The position numbers and the translations under genes are program-made. DNA of 64,000 nt from Trichoplax adhaerens (taxonomy: Eukaryota > Animalia > Placozoa): assembly GCF_000150275.1 (NCBI RefSeq), contig NW_002060947.1, forward strand, positions 2,655,740-2,719,739. The letters run 5' to 3'. Under the pieces are notes generated by a model, which did no database searches, was not told where the DNA came from, and saw nothing but the letters and a program-made list of their open reading frames with translations. Every line of letters starts with the position of its first letter. The stretch's first letter is position 1. This document shows positions 15,531 through 30,300 of this stretch, in pieces.

Positions 15531-18500
15531 CTTGAATCATGTTAAACTGAAGACAACTTATTGAAATTCTTGAAATCCCTGTCAGTGAAAAAATGAATGC
15601 TATCAAAAGGAGTAAACTGTAAAGATCTTGTAAAAGAAATAAAGCAAGCAGAATTATAAGTAAATGCATAATGCATAAATTTTCGCGCTCTAGTACATTT
15701 TCTTCGTAGCAATGAGTAAAGATTGTTCAACTTACAGTATTAACTAAGAAAAATAACAATGAAAAATTTATTTATTTTGCTATTTTAGTTCAAACTAGTA
15801 AAGATTAAGTCGTCTCGGGGTTAAGAGCATGACGTTTATAGCTATGCATTTGCGACAATTTATAGTGTTGTCCACAGGTCATGCAGTATCATCATTACGA
15901 AGAAAATTACATTCCCATCTTGCATTCTCGCCATACTTTATAGAAAGTCCATTAGTTCCATGACATCATTGAATTAGCATCAACTTACAGCTAGTGATTT
16001 AAATGATTCAATTTACGATTATACAGTATCCCATATGCTGTAGTTAGTTTTTACTTATAAAGTCACTTAGTTTGACATACTGTATACCGTGAAAACAAAG
16101 GAATATTGTCAGGAACGAATCAAAATTTCGAAGTTGCCGTCATAGCATTGGTGCAATAACTTACAAATTTAGGAATAGTCTTGACTTTATATTGGAACAT
16201 CAACCGACCGCATGCTTTTACTTCTTGTACTGTACTGTATTGATGTAGACAACGGTATTTCAAGAAATGGCTTTGATATAAATTTTAATTTGTAGTTAAT
16301 TCTTGCTGATAGCCTTCTTAGTGAGACAAGTAAAGATAGTTATTATCTTAGGACTAACCAAAACTAGTATTTAGTGACTAATCGTGGAGCTTCGATAAAC
16401 TACTGTACTCTTAAAAATGTATTTACCTTGTGGTGAGGTTATCAGTCTTAAAGAACCCCTTGAAATGAGATTTAATCTACAGTACAAGTGATGCTATGGA
16501 GAAGACTGAAAACTCCGCTTACTATTTTGTTTACGGATCCTACAAAGTAAGCACGCGTTATTTTTTTAAGGAAAGAAATATTTTAAAGATTTTAATCAAA
16601 ACCATAGGTGAAATTTCCTCGAAATTTATTACTGCAGGAGTGTATCACTTTGATGTCGTTTAAAGTCTCGGCAACGTTGACAGCTTTACTCAATTTATTT
16701 TTCATTAGGTTGACTGTCGTACTCGAAAGAGATCTTTTTAAGTTTGTTAGTTTTAGAAGTATATAACTAATGTTTGCATAATGAACGAATAGACACTCAC
16801 ATCAAGAACTTTTCTTTCCTCCAGATGATGTTTCTAATAGGAATCGAACTTTACTACAGATAATAGTACTGTACAGAAGGACTTATAAGACACTTTGTAT
16901 GTATGTCACTTTGTGGAGTGTACTGTAGTTCATATTTACAGTACTCTGCAATAACTTCATGTTCAAGTACAGTACGGCTCATAACGCGTACGCAATATAC
17001 ACGTACGGTATGTAGCATCTCCGCGATTACTGCAGTACTCAAAACACAATATACAATAAACGAATCTCCTAACAACCAATTGTGGGCATGTGCCATTTAC
17101 AAGTTAGCATCGCCGAATATGGTGTCGTTTATACCGTAGTTAAGATTTCAACACGTTTAGTGTAAATCAGATAATTTGTTACCACCGTTAAATTGTGTGT
17201 GCATAATCTTCGATAATGTCACAAAATGCTGAGACACCGAACAATAATGCAGTACAGTTTCTATAATGGTACATATCAACCATCGAACGTCTTGGGCGTC
17301 TAAAAAGCCAGAAAGCGGGTGTCTGAAAAGATTTAAATTAATACTGCACTCGCCACTAGATGCATTGTGAGGTTACGGCTGAGAATCAGCCAGAGACTGT
17401 ACTCGCGAAACAGTCCTGTAATATGCATGCATCACGTACACGTACGTAAAGTATAGTTACAGTTACGTTATATTTCACATAAATCTACTTTGTTATACTG
17501 TACAATTTACTATCATGGTAGGTTAATATCAGAGAAGATAATTATTTTACGCTTACTAGTATGACTGGAGACTAAGATCAATTCCAGATACAGAGATTTA
17601 GAACAATTGGTAGGCGAAAGAGCGCAAAGGGCTTAACTGCCATAGAAACAGTAAAACCAAATTGCTGGTTGAACTGCTGTATGTAGTGAATAAAATTGTT
17701 TTAAATGGTCGTTAAAGGCGATATCAAAACCGATTGAATAAGGACCTTGGCACACACAGCGCTGTGCACGAATACATTAACCATCATTTTAATTAACCAG
17801 TCACAGTGGTCATATAGTGCTAAATGAGATTCCTGTTGCCATTCGCACCCATGGGCGTGCACTGATTAACATTAACATTAATATTATTTATTAATTAAAC
17901 TAACTAATCATTACATTTCCGTGCAGTCCATTGCTTAGTACAGTACTGAAGTGCCATCTTGGTACAGATTTTTCTCTTTACTACAAAAAATACAGACAGT
18001 AATTTGGTATTTTTTGATCACCGTCACCCAAGGTAGCGGACAATTTCAAAAACTCGGGTGCCCGACAAAAGGAATTTGGTACATATCTGTACATGTACCG
18101 TATACTGTATTATACTACTTAATTAGGTAATTGAAACCATGTGTTGTCTTATACTATACTGTACCGCAAGCAGTGTTTAATTAGCCCATGTCACCGTGGC
18201 GTCGTAGAGTGGTATACAGTACAGTACAGTACGATGCTACAGTAGCAATCAAGAACGTAAAAATGATATCGAAGATGTCGGTCGTTTTCCGGCTTCATAC
18301 TGTACTGTACATTACATTAACCTAGAAACATGATCTATGCGCAATATACTGTATAGTTCATCGATTTCCAGCAAGAAATCATAAATAATAATAAGAATTA
18401 ATCAGAAACTCGATCGTATTATAGTCAAACTTTTTAGTAGTTAGGGATACTGGAATATTAATTGAGTCTTTTAATTTATTTTGAATAATTGAGATGTATT

Positions 18501-19422
18501 GATAATACTGTACAGTGTACAGTAGTGTTAATCGAGCAGTTAATTAACTTGAACGCAAATCGTACATAGATTTCGCTATCAAACCCGTTGGAAGGGAGTG
18601 CCCTGAATATTTCACGGAACTGTAATTATTCAAACTTTAAATGTCTGAAAATGATTTCAATCTGCATCTTCAGTAGTAAGGATTGTTGTGATGCGGAGTT
18701 ATTATTCACTTTACTGTATAAGTTGGTTAGAAGTTAGAATCTCTTTTCATAGATCTGCTTGCTATGAACCAGAGTCTACAGACTACAGCTTCTGAGTGAG
18801 ATGACTAATAAAAGTCTTAAAAGGGAAATACAGTATTCATTTACTGTCAGTAATCCTCCGTTACTTTAGTGCTAAGGTACAATACAAGAATCTACATAGA
18901 TCCTAATGCAATTACGGCGCATCGGATAGGAACCAAAATATACGTACTTTGCAAAGGTCTGGCAGGAAGTATCCTTTTCTTCACTACTGTACGGTAGTCT
19001 GTAGCTAGAGTTGCAATCCGAATCCAGCACTATACAGTACTGTACCAGAGTAAACTTTGTACAGTACTGTACTAAAATACGCACTGTAGCCTCTAAGGCT
19101 CTAACTGTTTAATACGAAATTATAGAAAGTAAAAAATAAAATAAACGAAGTTCACCATAAGTTGAATAGTTAAAAGATTGCATCTTATTGATTTACCGCT
19201 ATAAACGTGAAGATCTTCAATCTCATAAAATAAAATGCGCGAATACGTATTTCATGAACGCAAAGTTTTTATTATGCGAGTGAACACTGAACAGAAGCGT
19301 ACTGGAATTTTAACGAACACTTTCATTAAAACTTTAATACAAGTCTACGCGAATGTTGTTAGCTTCGTACGATTGACACGCAACTATTGTGATGTCTACG
19401 TCGGTATACCACAGTTATTAGA

Positions 19423-19447
19423 ATATATATATATATATATATATATA
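19423..19447. repeat. (TA)n microsatellite
   Basis: Uninterrupted atatat run. Confidence 0.9.
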
Positions 19448-19510
19448 CAGTATAAACAGTAACAGTAAAGTTCGAAGATAAGAAATAATATTTTATAATA
19501 ATTTACACAC

Positions 19511-19830
19511 CTGATTTCTGTCCAGGCAATATGATACGTTTCGGTTTGGCTATAACCAATGGTAAAAGCTATTGCGGTATCGAACTGTTTTATGCTATTT
19601 TTGCAGATCAGATCAGCGAGATACGATTGATAACAGATGGCGATGGATAGGAGTGACCGGTAGGGCGGGGCCCTTTTTGTACAGTACAGTACATTGGTAT
19701 AAAAGTACTGAAAAGTACAGTACAGTACAGTACTGCATGTGTACTGTACACTGTACAGTACGTACTGTACTGTACAGTATAACTCTTACAGTATTTCGAA
19801 TAAAGATCAATACTGGTACAGTACTACATG
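19511..19830 (-). promoter_or_regulatory. Probable ERM promoter and non-coding first exon
   Basis: GC box gggcgggg at 19663-19670, TACAG array at 19678-19830, minus-strand donor CAG|gtgtgt at 19510, and a strong acceptor ttttttcactgacag ending at 15579. Confidence 0.45.
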
Positions 19831-20841
19831 CGCTAAGATAGGAAGCAGTCTCACCTCGACCGTCTCACCTCTTCACAACTCCTCTGTACAGTAGAGACTC
19901 TAAAAATAAGGATCTCTATGATCATCATTGTTTATGCTGTACAGTACTGTAGAAGCGTTGGCAGTCCTGGCCCTGTGGAAAAAGGGTGACCTTTTTTACT
20001 TTAGTAGTAACTGCTACAGTAATCATTATCCTACTAAGTTTACTGACTTTATATTATTATTTTTAATTACTCACGCAGTATTTCTAAAAATTTTGAATTA
20101 GTACAGTAATACTAATTTAGTCTCTATGAAACGTATTTCAAGTTACTAATAATTGATAATGGCATATCGTTAATCTTTCTCATAATTGGAAAATTTAATT
20201 AGACTATGTTAAACATATTTATTTGAAGACTTTAGTGCGTCAGCAGTTGTGAAATTCCCAAAGTATAGTGTAGTAAAACTTTGATGCATGCTGGTATTAA
20301 ACGTACAGAATCGCAGTATGGAATAAAAGTTAAGGTACGGCGATAGCCGTTTTTACAATGGCGACCAGCCTGTAGCCTCTTATTTCATTAGGGAGTTTAT
20401 TTGAAATACATTAGTGTAATTAGTATTCCAACAGTCAGGGACTTATTGATAAAAATGTATCAGAATCATTTTTATCAAAAAGTCCGTGACTCAGGATAGT
20501 ACAATAAAATGGCAGAAAAATGAGTTAAATGACCGTCCCTCTCACTTCTTGACGCATGCTACGGATTACTGACTAATTTTTAATAGGAATCTTCTCTCAA
20601 GGTGTAATATGAGTGTTGAGGGACAATAATGAAGGATACCAACGACGGTTATCTTCATCATACTGTACAGTACTGTAGGTGATACTGGGATGAAGGAAAG
20701 TAATAAAGGTACTGTAAGGATTGAGTCATCGTCAAAAAATGTTTCAAACACTTACAGTACTGTAAAGTATGCGCAGCACTACAGTACAGTACAGTACAGA
20801 TAACAGAACACTGTTCTTTGAATAGCATTTTACGGTAATCT

Positions 20842-20855
20842 GTCGCTATGGTTAC
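20842..20855 (+). promoter_or_regulatory. RFX X-box GTCGCTATGGTTAC upstream of RSPH3
   Basis: One mismatch to GTHNYYATRRNAAC, about 230 bp upstream of the ATG of a ciliary gene, next to the TACAG array at 20660-20925. Confidence 0.6.
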
Positions 20856-21083
20856 CAGATCATTTATTGATGTTTTCCTACTCTTAAAGTCTTGACCATT
20901 CAACGTCGTGTACAGTATACTGTAATACTAGCCTATTGGCCCGACTGAGGAGCATACACATATTTTCCTTCCATTATATTAATACACTAACTTTGTACCG
21001 CTAGTCATACCAAAATTACTCGAACCCTCGTCTAATTTTTCATCGTAGAGATACTGTTAAAAAGTTACTATCACTCCCAAAAG

Positions 21084-23558
21084 ATGACAACCATGATTTC
21101 TCATAATCCAACCGATGGTGGGACATATACATTCGCTTCTAAGCCTCAAGCAGTACGGCAGCGGCAGAAGTATAGAAATCCTTATCCCCAACAGTAAGCA
21201 ACTAAGTATTTTATGTAAACTGATGTTGCTGTATTAATAAATTGTAAAAAGGAATCGCATTATTGAGCCTGGATATTTAAAATACTGCACGATCTCAGAG
21301 TAAAGAAGTTTTAGTGGCAGCTACGCTACGAATAAATCATATTCTGAATTTAATCATTAACTTTATTTACTAATATCATTGTAGGGACGTCGAAGCAGCG
21401 AAATTTGGAAATTTAATGCATGATCGGCGTGTCGTAAGAGGAAATACATACGCCTTGAGAAATTTACCTGCGGTAAATTTTATTTTAACAAGATTCAATA
21501 CAAAACGACCACAATTGCATGTTATACTTAATGTTCACGATGTGAAGTTGTAAGAAATAGATTGTACTAAGACTGTAAAATAATACAGTGTTGATATATC
21601 ATACTAATGGAACACGAGATGTTACAGTGTTATAAATAAGTGTACGAAACTGCTTAAAATGTACTTATAACCTATCTGTAGATAACATAGCATACATATC
21701 ATACATAAGTTAGAGTTAACTGTATGTGTAATATATCAAAGAAGTATTAATTAGTTCAGCACTTATACAAATCAATCCGTAATACGTACGACAAAGATTG
21801 CTCCAAATTATTTAAAACAGCAATCTGAGCATCTTAACTAGCATATGTATTTAGCATGAGATAAATGTAACGACTTATCAGGTGCACCATAAATTTGACT
21901 TCTAGTTTTTGAGCTTAAGATAATTTCATTCTGTTGCAATGGTCTGTAATCAATTTTATCAAGATATTTTAAAATATTTCATATTATGATCAAATATAGT
22001 CGTAATAGAGGCTGAGCAGAACTTATACTCTGTTGTTGATCTTCTTATTCGCATGTTCAAAGGATGCACAGCCGAATCCAATAGAAATTCAGAAGAAAGA
22101 AGAGTCTAGACGACGAGCAATTGCTAAGAAGAGAGCCAAAGAACAAATGAAACCTAAAACTCCAGAACCTGTTGAAGGACGTCAACATATCGAAATTCAA
22201 ACTGAATTATATTTAGAGGAACTATCAGATCGGGTAGAAGAAGCCGATATCGAAGTGCAAACTGATGCTTTTCTCGATCGTCCACCGTCTCCTTTATTTA
22301 TACCCGCTAAATCTGGAACTGATGTAGCTACTCAAATACTAGAAGGGGATGTAAGTCATTAATTTTAATGTCTCTCTTCTAAATGGTATACTCTATTGTC
22401 AAACTACGATTATTAGATGCTATGTTACGGGCTTCAAATGTTGAGTAATTTAAAATTTGTGTTAGTTGTTCGATTTCGATATAGAAGTTAAACCAATACT
22501 AGAAGTTTTGGTTGGCAAAACTGTCGAACAGGCACTACTGGAAGTGATGGAGGAGGAAGAATTGGCAAATTTACGTACACAGCAGGTTGCTACAGAATGG
22601 TCTTTTGCTATTTTTCATGAGATTAAAGTTTACGCTATAGTTCACATTTCTTATTATTATAGCGTAAGTTTGAAGAACTTCGTAATGCTGAATTGGTTGA
22701 AACTCAAAGACTGGAAGAGCAAGAGCGGCGCCATAGAGAGGAAAAACAGAGGCGAATTAAGCAACAAAGAGACGTCCTGGAAAAAGAGCAAGAAACTTCA
22801 GAAAAACTTGCTGCCAGAGCATTTGCACAGGTAGTACTTTCACTTTTTATACTACATGTATAAAGAAAGATGTTACAGACTTTAGTAAATTGAAAGTATT
22901 CACGATTTATTATCTAGAGCTATATTGCCGATTTGGCACCATCAGTTTTTGGGACTCTTCGGGATAACGGTTACTTCTTTGATCTCATTGAAAGATGTTA
23001 GTCTTAATATAAAATCGATTTTTCGTAAAATAGAGTGTAATGCAAAATGTTTTAATTAACTTATTTATGTCTGTTACACTGCAGCGGTTGAATCATCATT
23101 TATCCCTCATCTTATGAGTTGCGTTGATAATAATCTGTCCCAAGCAGTCATTGCAAGACGAATCCTTAATGGTAAAGCTTTAGTTTCTATTGGATACAGC
23201 GAGACGAAGTTATATTACTAATAATATAATCATATTTCCATAAAAACTAGCTTTGATACGTGATGTGACAACAAAAAGGGCTGAACAATTTAAGAAAACT
23301 GAAGAAGAAGAGGCTGTAGCAGCAGCAGTCGCAGCTGCTATGGCAGCCTCATCACAAACACAAACAGATTTGCCTACTGTACAACTTGAAGTAACAACAG
23401 ATCAGCCAACCATTGAAGAAGATGGCACTAATGAAAGAATAAATGAAGAAAATGAAGAAACTGATGACATTAGAGCCGATGTTATCAATGAAGATGATGA
23501 TCCGGAAGCATCTCCAAGACCAGAAGAAGAAGAGGAAGGGAATGACGAACAACAATAA
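21084..23558 (+). CDS. RSPH3: Radial spoke head protein 3, 8 exons
   Basis: GNLMHDRRVVRGNTYA; TPEPVEGRQHIEIQTELYLEEL; QTDAFLDRPPSPLFIPAKSGTDVATQILEGD|LFDFDIEVKPILEVLVGKTVEQALLEV; acidic C-terminal tail. Confidence 0.95.
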
Positions 23559-24316
23559 AACAATTTTGTAATTATAACCAGTCGATCTTTACATTCACTA
23601 AAGACTGTTATGCCTGTACCATACCGAATTCAATATTAAATCTCAACCAGTGCGAAATTTATTTGTGACTATTTACTGTTAAAGGTTTCGTCATGCTTAA
23701 TTTACTGTCTAAATCCATAAATCTGGTAAGGAGAAAATTAATGTTAAATATTTGTCCTGCATTTTGATGGTTAAAGCTAGTATGACTAGGTATATATTTC
23801 ATAGAAATGTATAGTATTGTTACTATTTGTTAGGGTTTTAACAGTAAAGGAGACAATTCGCTCGTCGCCCTATTTAATGTTATACTAAGAGATGTTTCAC
23901 TCTGCTAGTATTTTAACAAATACTTTATTTTAATCGCTCCTTCACCTAATTGTGCCAGCATTCTATGGACGATATATAAGAAACCGGCTAAGAAAAATTT
24001 CTAAACATTATTAAACGAAACCTAGTACTGTACTACCCGTAACTTAATATTTGTTAAAATAGTTCATTTCACTTTAATAAATATCCATATCAACTGCTAT
24101 TTAGTGCGTTTTTAATAGCAGCGTAAAAAATAAAGATTAGATCATCTCATAATTTGAAATATCAACATTCGATCAGCTATGCCTACTGAAATCGTCCGAT
24201 ATAATGAATTTGATTGCTTTGGCGAACTACTTCAACAAACTTTATTAAATCGTCATCGTTAATTCGATCACATTTCAATGGATAAGAATAAAATAATTTG
24301 ACAATTATCTAAGAGG

Positions 24317-27027
24317 TTACAATTCTAGTTTATTCCAACTATTCGTGTCAAATTTTTTAAGTTTTATTTCGATTTTCGTACCAAGGTATTGTACTAAACT
24401 CTTTTCCGGTAAGATAACCTACAAGATAAAGGACAGATATTGAAATATTTACAGCATATGTTGAAGAACAGCTTAATTTTGTATAATGAATAAGAAGATA
24501 AGCATAACTTTGCCTAATGTACTAAGTACTAACCCCTTCGAGGGTTATAGATTTGTTGTATTGTTTTTCGTCGTCTCCGTAAATCAGGAAAGCTTTAACC
24601 TAAATCGGATATAAAAAGTTCAAATAGTTTGCACAATAGTGCAACCAATGAGTACTCGTATAAACTGTGTTATAATTTCGTTATATTAATGTAAGTATTC
24701 AGTATGCATACAAATGAAAAACATCATACAATAGTGTGATTGGCTTCTATCAGTGATCTTTCAGGATTAACAAGCTTAGCGTATATTGTAATATATACAT
24801 TCGAACCAGTTTGATACCAGTCGTACCTTTATCAAGTTGGTATACGCATATGCGAGTATATTAGATTAAAAATAAATGTAAGTTAAATCGTAATACACAG
24901 GTTATCAACTGGAAGCATACGTATTTCTTCGCTTATAAATTATTATCACAATACTTAAATGATTGACTTACCTACACTCAGATTGCGTCTGCTGTTATGC
25001 GGAATTTAATTTTCGTGGGTGTCATTGTGAAAAAAACGTTATTATTGAAATTTACTGATGTCAACGGATTCCGTATAAATTTTAAATACAATACTTTATC
25101 GTGTTTCCAACAGTGTTGTCCCGTTGCGCAACCCTTTTGATTTAAGAATTCTGTAAAATCGCTCGTTTTCTTATTGCAACAAGACCAATATTTCATCCTA
25201 GTTGAAACAAAGCGATATCTTGTTAGCATAGCTATTCTATGAAAAACGTTTACTTATTCCGGTACAAAAGCATATACCCTTCATGAAAAATCGGGTAGCC
25301 TGGATGATGAACACATTCTTTCTGTATATCCTTTTGAGTGCTAAATGACTAGTCAAATAAGGTTTATACACGTACATCTCTTCATCTAATTATCTCCATA
25401 CGGAAATATATAATGGTTTAAGCAGCTTCCTTACACATTTACAGCCACGATTTTGACACGGAGTCCCTTCCGAAATTTTATCAGCACTAGGGTCAGCTTC
25501 TGCAACATTAATTATTTTATTTTATCCGTATTATATATACTATGATAAAAATGTTTCAATATCTCTAAATTTTTGCATCACACTTTGATATGAGTCCATG
25601 AAAGGTTACCTTTTTCAGAGACAGTTTGTTTCTTGTCCAAAGCCGATTTGAGAGAGGGCGCGACAATAGCCTTGAGTTGCATAGTTGGTTCATCTTGTCT
25701 ATATTTAAAACCAATCATATCACGAATATGCACTTTCACATGTGCATGTGCACTGTATGAGAGTTACGTTGATATTCGACAAATAAGATCATATTGGCGT
25801 GCAGTGTGAACCTGGGTCTTTCTTGGATCTTTTTGGGTTGATTGTTAACTTCTATTACCTTCCAAACAAGCATGTAATATCAATCAATATCTGAAGCATT
25901 TAACGTTTAGTTTCGACCGAAGGGACTTAAGGAAGACACTGTAGGTACTATATTATTGAATAACAACTGATGCAATTCAAGATCGATTAATTATTGTTAG
26001 TACCTCCCCTGGTTGTAATTTAGTGGTTACTTCTAATTTTTCCGCTTGTGGTTTTATATTACAATGGTGAGATCTTGTACAACCCTTGGAAGCAAGTATA
26101 AATAAAATAGGCTATGAGATTGTACGATGTGCAGTACAGTATACCAGTACTGTATTATCATTGCTACGAAAGAGTACTTGATCCGTCAACAGTTGTACAG
26201 GCATTAGCAAGGAAATGATGGTGAAAGTTTTATAGAAATATTTTAAATGTTCTATATTAACTACGGCTACCAGTATACTGTAGTCTGCCTACCGGATAGT
26301 TCAGAAAGACCGTAAAATCGGTAGAGCGTTGTTTACAGCAAGACCAGCTCTGGAGAAGGGAAATCGATAATTATGAAATTTCTGAGAGTTGATTAATTAT
26401 AAGCAATAAAAATTACTTCGCATTCTCAAAACCTTATACGCATCGTGAAAGACAGGCTTGCCAGGGTGGAATATACAAGCGTCTAAAACATTTAAAAATA
26501 GTTACATTAATTGATTTTGTATAATGAAAACAGCCTGCTAGTTTGCTACAGAAGTAATTGAAGTACTTGCTGCGACTGTAGCTTTACGGTACTTTATGTT
26601 CAGGTACTGTATGTTTCTGGTGTTTTCGTGTCGATTAAGTTCTTAACTTAACATACAGTACTTGGGAATAAGTGCACGCCTATACTATCATATAAAATAA
26701 TAACTCGCGGGCTACAGTAATTTATTGCTCACAGCAATTGTACAGTAATAGCTGCGAAATCTAGTATCGATAATACTGTGCTGTTTGGTTGAGCCCGTTC
26801 TTTTGTAACCGTGAACTAATGATGTCTGTGGAGGTGGAATAAACTTCTTTTATTAGGGGTTCATGCCTGCATGAACTTGTAACTACAACTTTGCAAATAG
26901 GGTATTATGTAGACTTAAACAATGTGTGAAAATAAAGCTCACCATCTGAATTATCTGATTCGCGATATTTTTTACCGCAGCCTTTGTTGTGGCACTGCAA
27001 TAGACCGTATTCACTTTCATCAATCAT
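24317..27027 (-). CDS. CHORDC1: Cysteine- and histidine-rich domain protein (CHORD-CHORD-CS), an Hsp90 co-chaperone, about 13 exons
   Basis: [10 protein letters not shown]...[15 protein letters not shown]|SWSCC; second [16 protein letters not shown]|MKYWSCC; CS domain [12 protein letters not shown]...KIEIKLKK...WNKLEL*. Confidence 0.93.
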
Positions 27028-27074
27028 TTTAAACTTTTCACTTTTCTTGTAATAAGGTTTAAAGATTCGTTTAA

Positions 27075-27265
27075 GGTACAGTACGCTCACACGGTGAACT
27101 TGTTCCAGTAACAGTGTTAGAAGCTAGAACTTTGAATCGAATTGTACGGTACTGTACTGTGCTGTCTATAAAAGGCATACTGTACTGTACAGCTGCGTAG
27201 ATTGTACAAGTGTACATACATTGCAATTTACTGCATTGTACTGTAGTATACTGTACTGCACAGAA
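27075..27265. repeat. TACAG/CTGTA array in the about 310-bp CHORDC1/ALG5 bidirectional promoter
   Basis: tactgtactgtacag and tgtactgtagtatactgtactg between the ATGs at 27027 (-) and 27340 (+). Confidence 0.8.
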
Positions 27266-27339
27266 TCCTGTGCTGTGCAAGTTACGGGATCGTTTTCCAT
27301 CTACTGTACTTGCCACTGCTGCGATAAATTTCATAAGAA

Positions 27340-30300
27340 ATGACAATAATTTCATTGGTAGATTTACCATGGAATCTATTACTAGGAATAGTAATTTCCT
27401 TAATAATTTCCTCATTTGTTATGGTAAGTTTATATGTATTTAATTAAAAATTTCAATGTAAATGTTCAATTAGTAAGCGGTACTGCGACAGCAAAAGTAG
27501 TAATACGCGTAAGTTCCATTAATTTTGATGAATTCTTAGTGTACTATGGCTATGACTGTACGCGTATATTTGGTTTAGTCAAAGATTATTCATTTACAGT
27601 CGAATACAATTTTAAGTCTTATAATATACTTGTATACGAATGATTTAAGCGTACAAACAAAAGAAACAGCCTGTAATTTATGGAGGCCAGAAATGAGTTG
27701 TAAATGCTTTACGGATATACTCTTTAAAGTGTTCACATGATAACTCTGATTTACAAATATTTTGAAGGTAAATTGGTTGATACCTCGTAGTGCGATCGAC
27801 TTCTAATTGCAGCGTTGTCATTATAGTCAACATACACTATCTTATTTGGCTCCTTGAAATACAGGACAAATTGTACGCGAGCATGTTCTTCAAAGTGTTC
27901 ATATTATGACTCTGATTTACAAATACGCGTATTTGAAGGTAAATTGGTTGATACCTCGTAGTACGTTTAGTATCTAAGTGCAACGTTGTGACTACGGTAT
28001 TGTCAACATACACTATCTTATTTGTGCTCCTTGAAATACAGGACAAACGGTATGTATGCTTTAATTCCGTTATCAACGTCAACTACTTTTAAATATCCGT
28101 GATAGTAATAGTGACAGTTTCCTATCTGGCAGCAAAAGCTTATGAAATATGAGTATTTGTTAGCTGAAAAGCATAGTGATTAAGTAATAGCAAAATAATC
28201 ATTACCAAATTACTTGGAGGAGAATACATATACTCGTATGTATCTTACGGATCAGTTTTTGCAAATCCTTAAGTCTAGCATGCATTTTTATGGAACAATA
28301 TAATTAGTAACCGATTGATTTGCATTGAAAAATAGCGCTGGGTGGCTACTTTTCCAATAAAATTATGTTTTGATGTTGAAGTGCTACTGTATTTTGTAAC
28401 AAAATCAACTTCTAACACCGCTACGAGTTGAATACTATTTGATACATTTTTAACGGTAATTTATTTAAACTTTAGGTCTATATTTTCCTCTTGATGTCAA
28501 CTAATCGGGCTCCTAACCTCACCAGAACTGAAAATGAAAACTATTTCTACGATCCAAACACAGACACGAGGCATAGATTTCCTACAATAAGTGATCCCGC
28601 ATCTGTAGATGTTACAATTGTTGTTCCATCTTATAATGAAGAAAAGCGACGTTAGTTATTAGCAATGGTTTAATCCCTGATACTCGCTACACAGTAATCG
28701 CTATTAATTAAGTAGTAAACTGATTCGCTTCAATAATAATTTGTATTTACTGTTAAATTTTATAAAGGCTTTAACTACATTATCAAGTGTTTAAAAATTT
28801 CCATTTATCAACAATCACGACATCTTGCTAGTTATGAGTAATAGTATCATAGTTTGTCTGAGCTATTGAAGTTTATCTGATTACTAAAAAGAGAATCTAA
28901 TGAACTTCCTGTACTGCAGTTCCTGTTATGCTGGATGAAACTATAGAATATTTTAGGAAGAGAAAGGTACTCATATTGCTGCAGAAATTTGTTGATAACA
29001 GCTCTTGTCCGAGTAACTATGGATGATATAACACTTGCAACTAAGTATGGTTGTACGATACTGTTTATTTTAGCAAAAAAATCGATCGTTTTCATACGAA
29101 ATCATTGTCGTTGATGATGGAAGTAAAGATCGCACGACTCAGGTACATTGCTTAACATATCTGCTTTATTGTGATAAGTTCTATTTTATAATGCTAGCAA
29201 ACCTAGATCCTGATGCAGCAGCTCACTGCCGTACCTTGGCATTGAATATTATATTTGATTGCTATAGATTTGATTTTAAATTTGCCATGCTTGTTTTGTT
29301 ATTAAGTTATATCTTTTACCACTACAGGTCGCACTTGAATACGTAAAAGGAAGCGGTACTGATAGTATTCGAGTTCTTACATTAGATTATAATCGTGGAA
29401 AAGGGGGAGCCATTAGAATTGTAAGTAATCCAAATCATATTTTCGACTAATAGTAATCGATTAAATTCTTTAAAAGAAATCTACTATTAGTGCTGTTAAA
29501 TTGAGATTATATGAACAAATGATTTTTGATTCTACAATATCAAAAATTTATGTCGATCAGACTTACCTGGCTTAACGTTCAATCTACATCCGTATAAATC
29601 GTATTCTACAGTTATATCAACAATATTCCTGATTTAAGCTGATGATAACTTTTAAAGAGGCTTAAAATCATATCTTGGGACTTTAAACATTCTACAAGAT
29701 GATAATTTTATATACGAATTAGATGTAAATCAAAGAACAAATCATAATGATATATATGATCCAACAGTAGCGTTGGTAGATAAGGAGTTACCTTACCTTA
29801 CCTATTCGATATTCGATCGTACAACGTCAATATTAACAGAAATGTTGAAAAGACTATTTAGATATTATATCTTATCAATAAGATATAACCGGGTAGCATA
29901 AAATTTCTTCGGTCAATCCTTAATACGGAGGGGAAGTAAGACGTTCATATTCAGGCATTAATTAATTATTTCACTTTTGTGCTGTGAAATATAACCATCG
30001 CCATAATATAATTGATCCTCTCAGATATCAATTTTTGGCCACTTATTGATACTGATTGCCATTGTCAAATTCTTTAGGGTGCTTTGAGTTCACGAGGTAG
30101 ATATATTTTAATGGTAGATGCCGATGGTGCAACCAAATTTGAAGACATAGAAAAATTAGAACATGCTGCCATGAAACTGAACAAAGATTATTCGAAAGTA
30201 CTGCATACAGTACATTATAGATATTTTTAAAATATTCCATACACTTTTGAAGAGTATTAAATTATTATAGTTGCTCATGGTTTCATATTAAGTGATTACT

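Noticed and set aside
29560-29571. ACTTACCTGGC resembling the U1 snRNA 5' end in ALG5 intron 5
   Set aside because: No U1 stem-loops or Sm site follow. It is simply the complement of a CAG|GTAAGT word.
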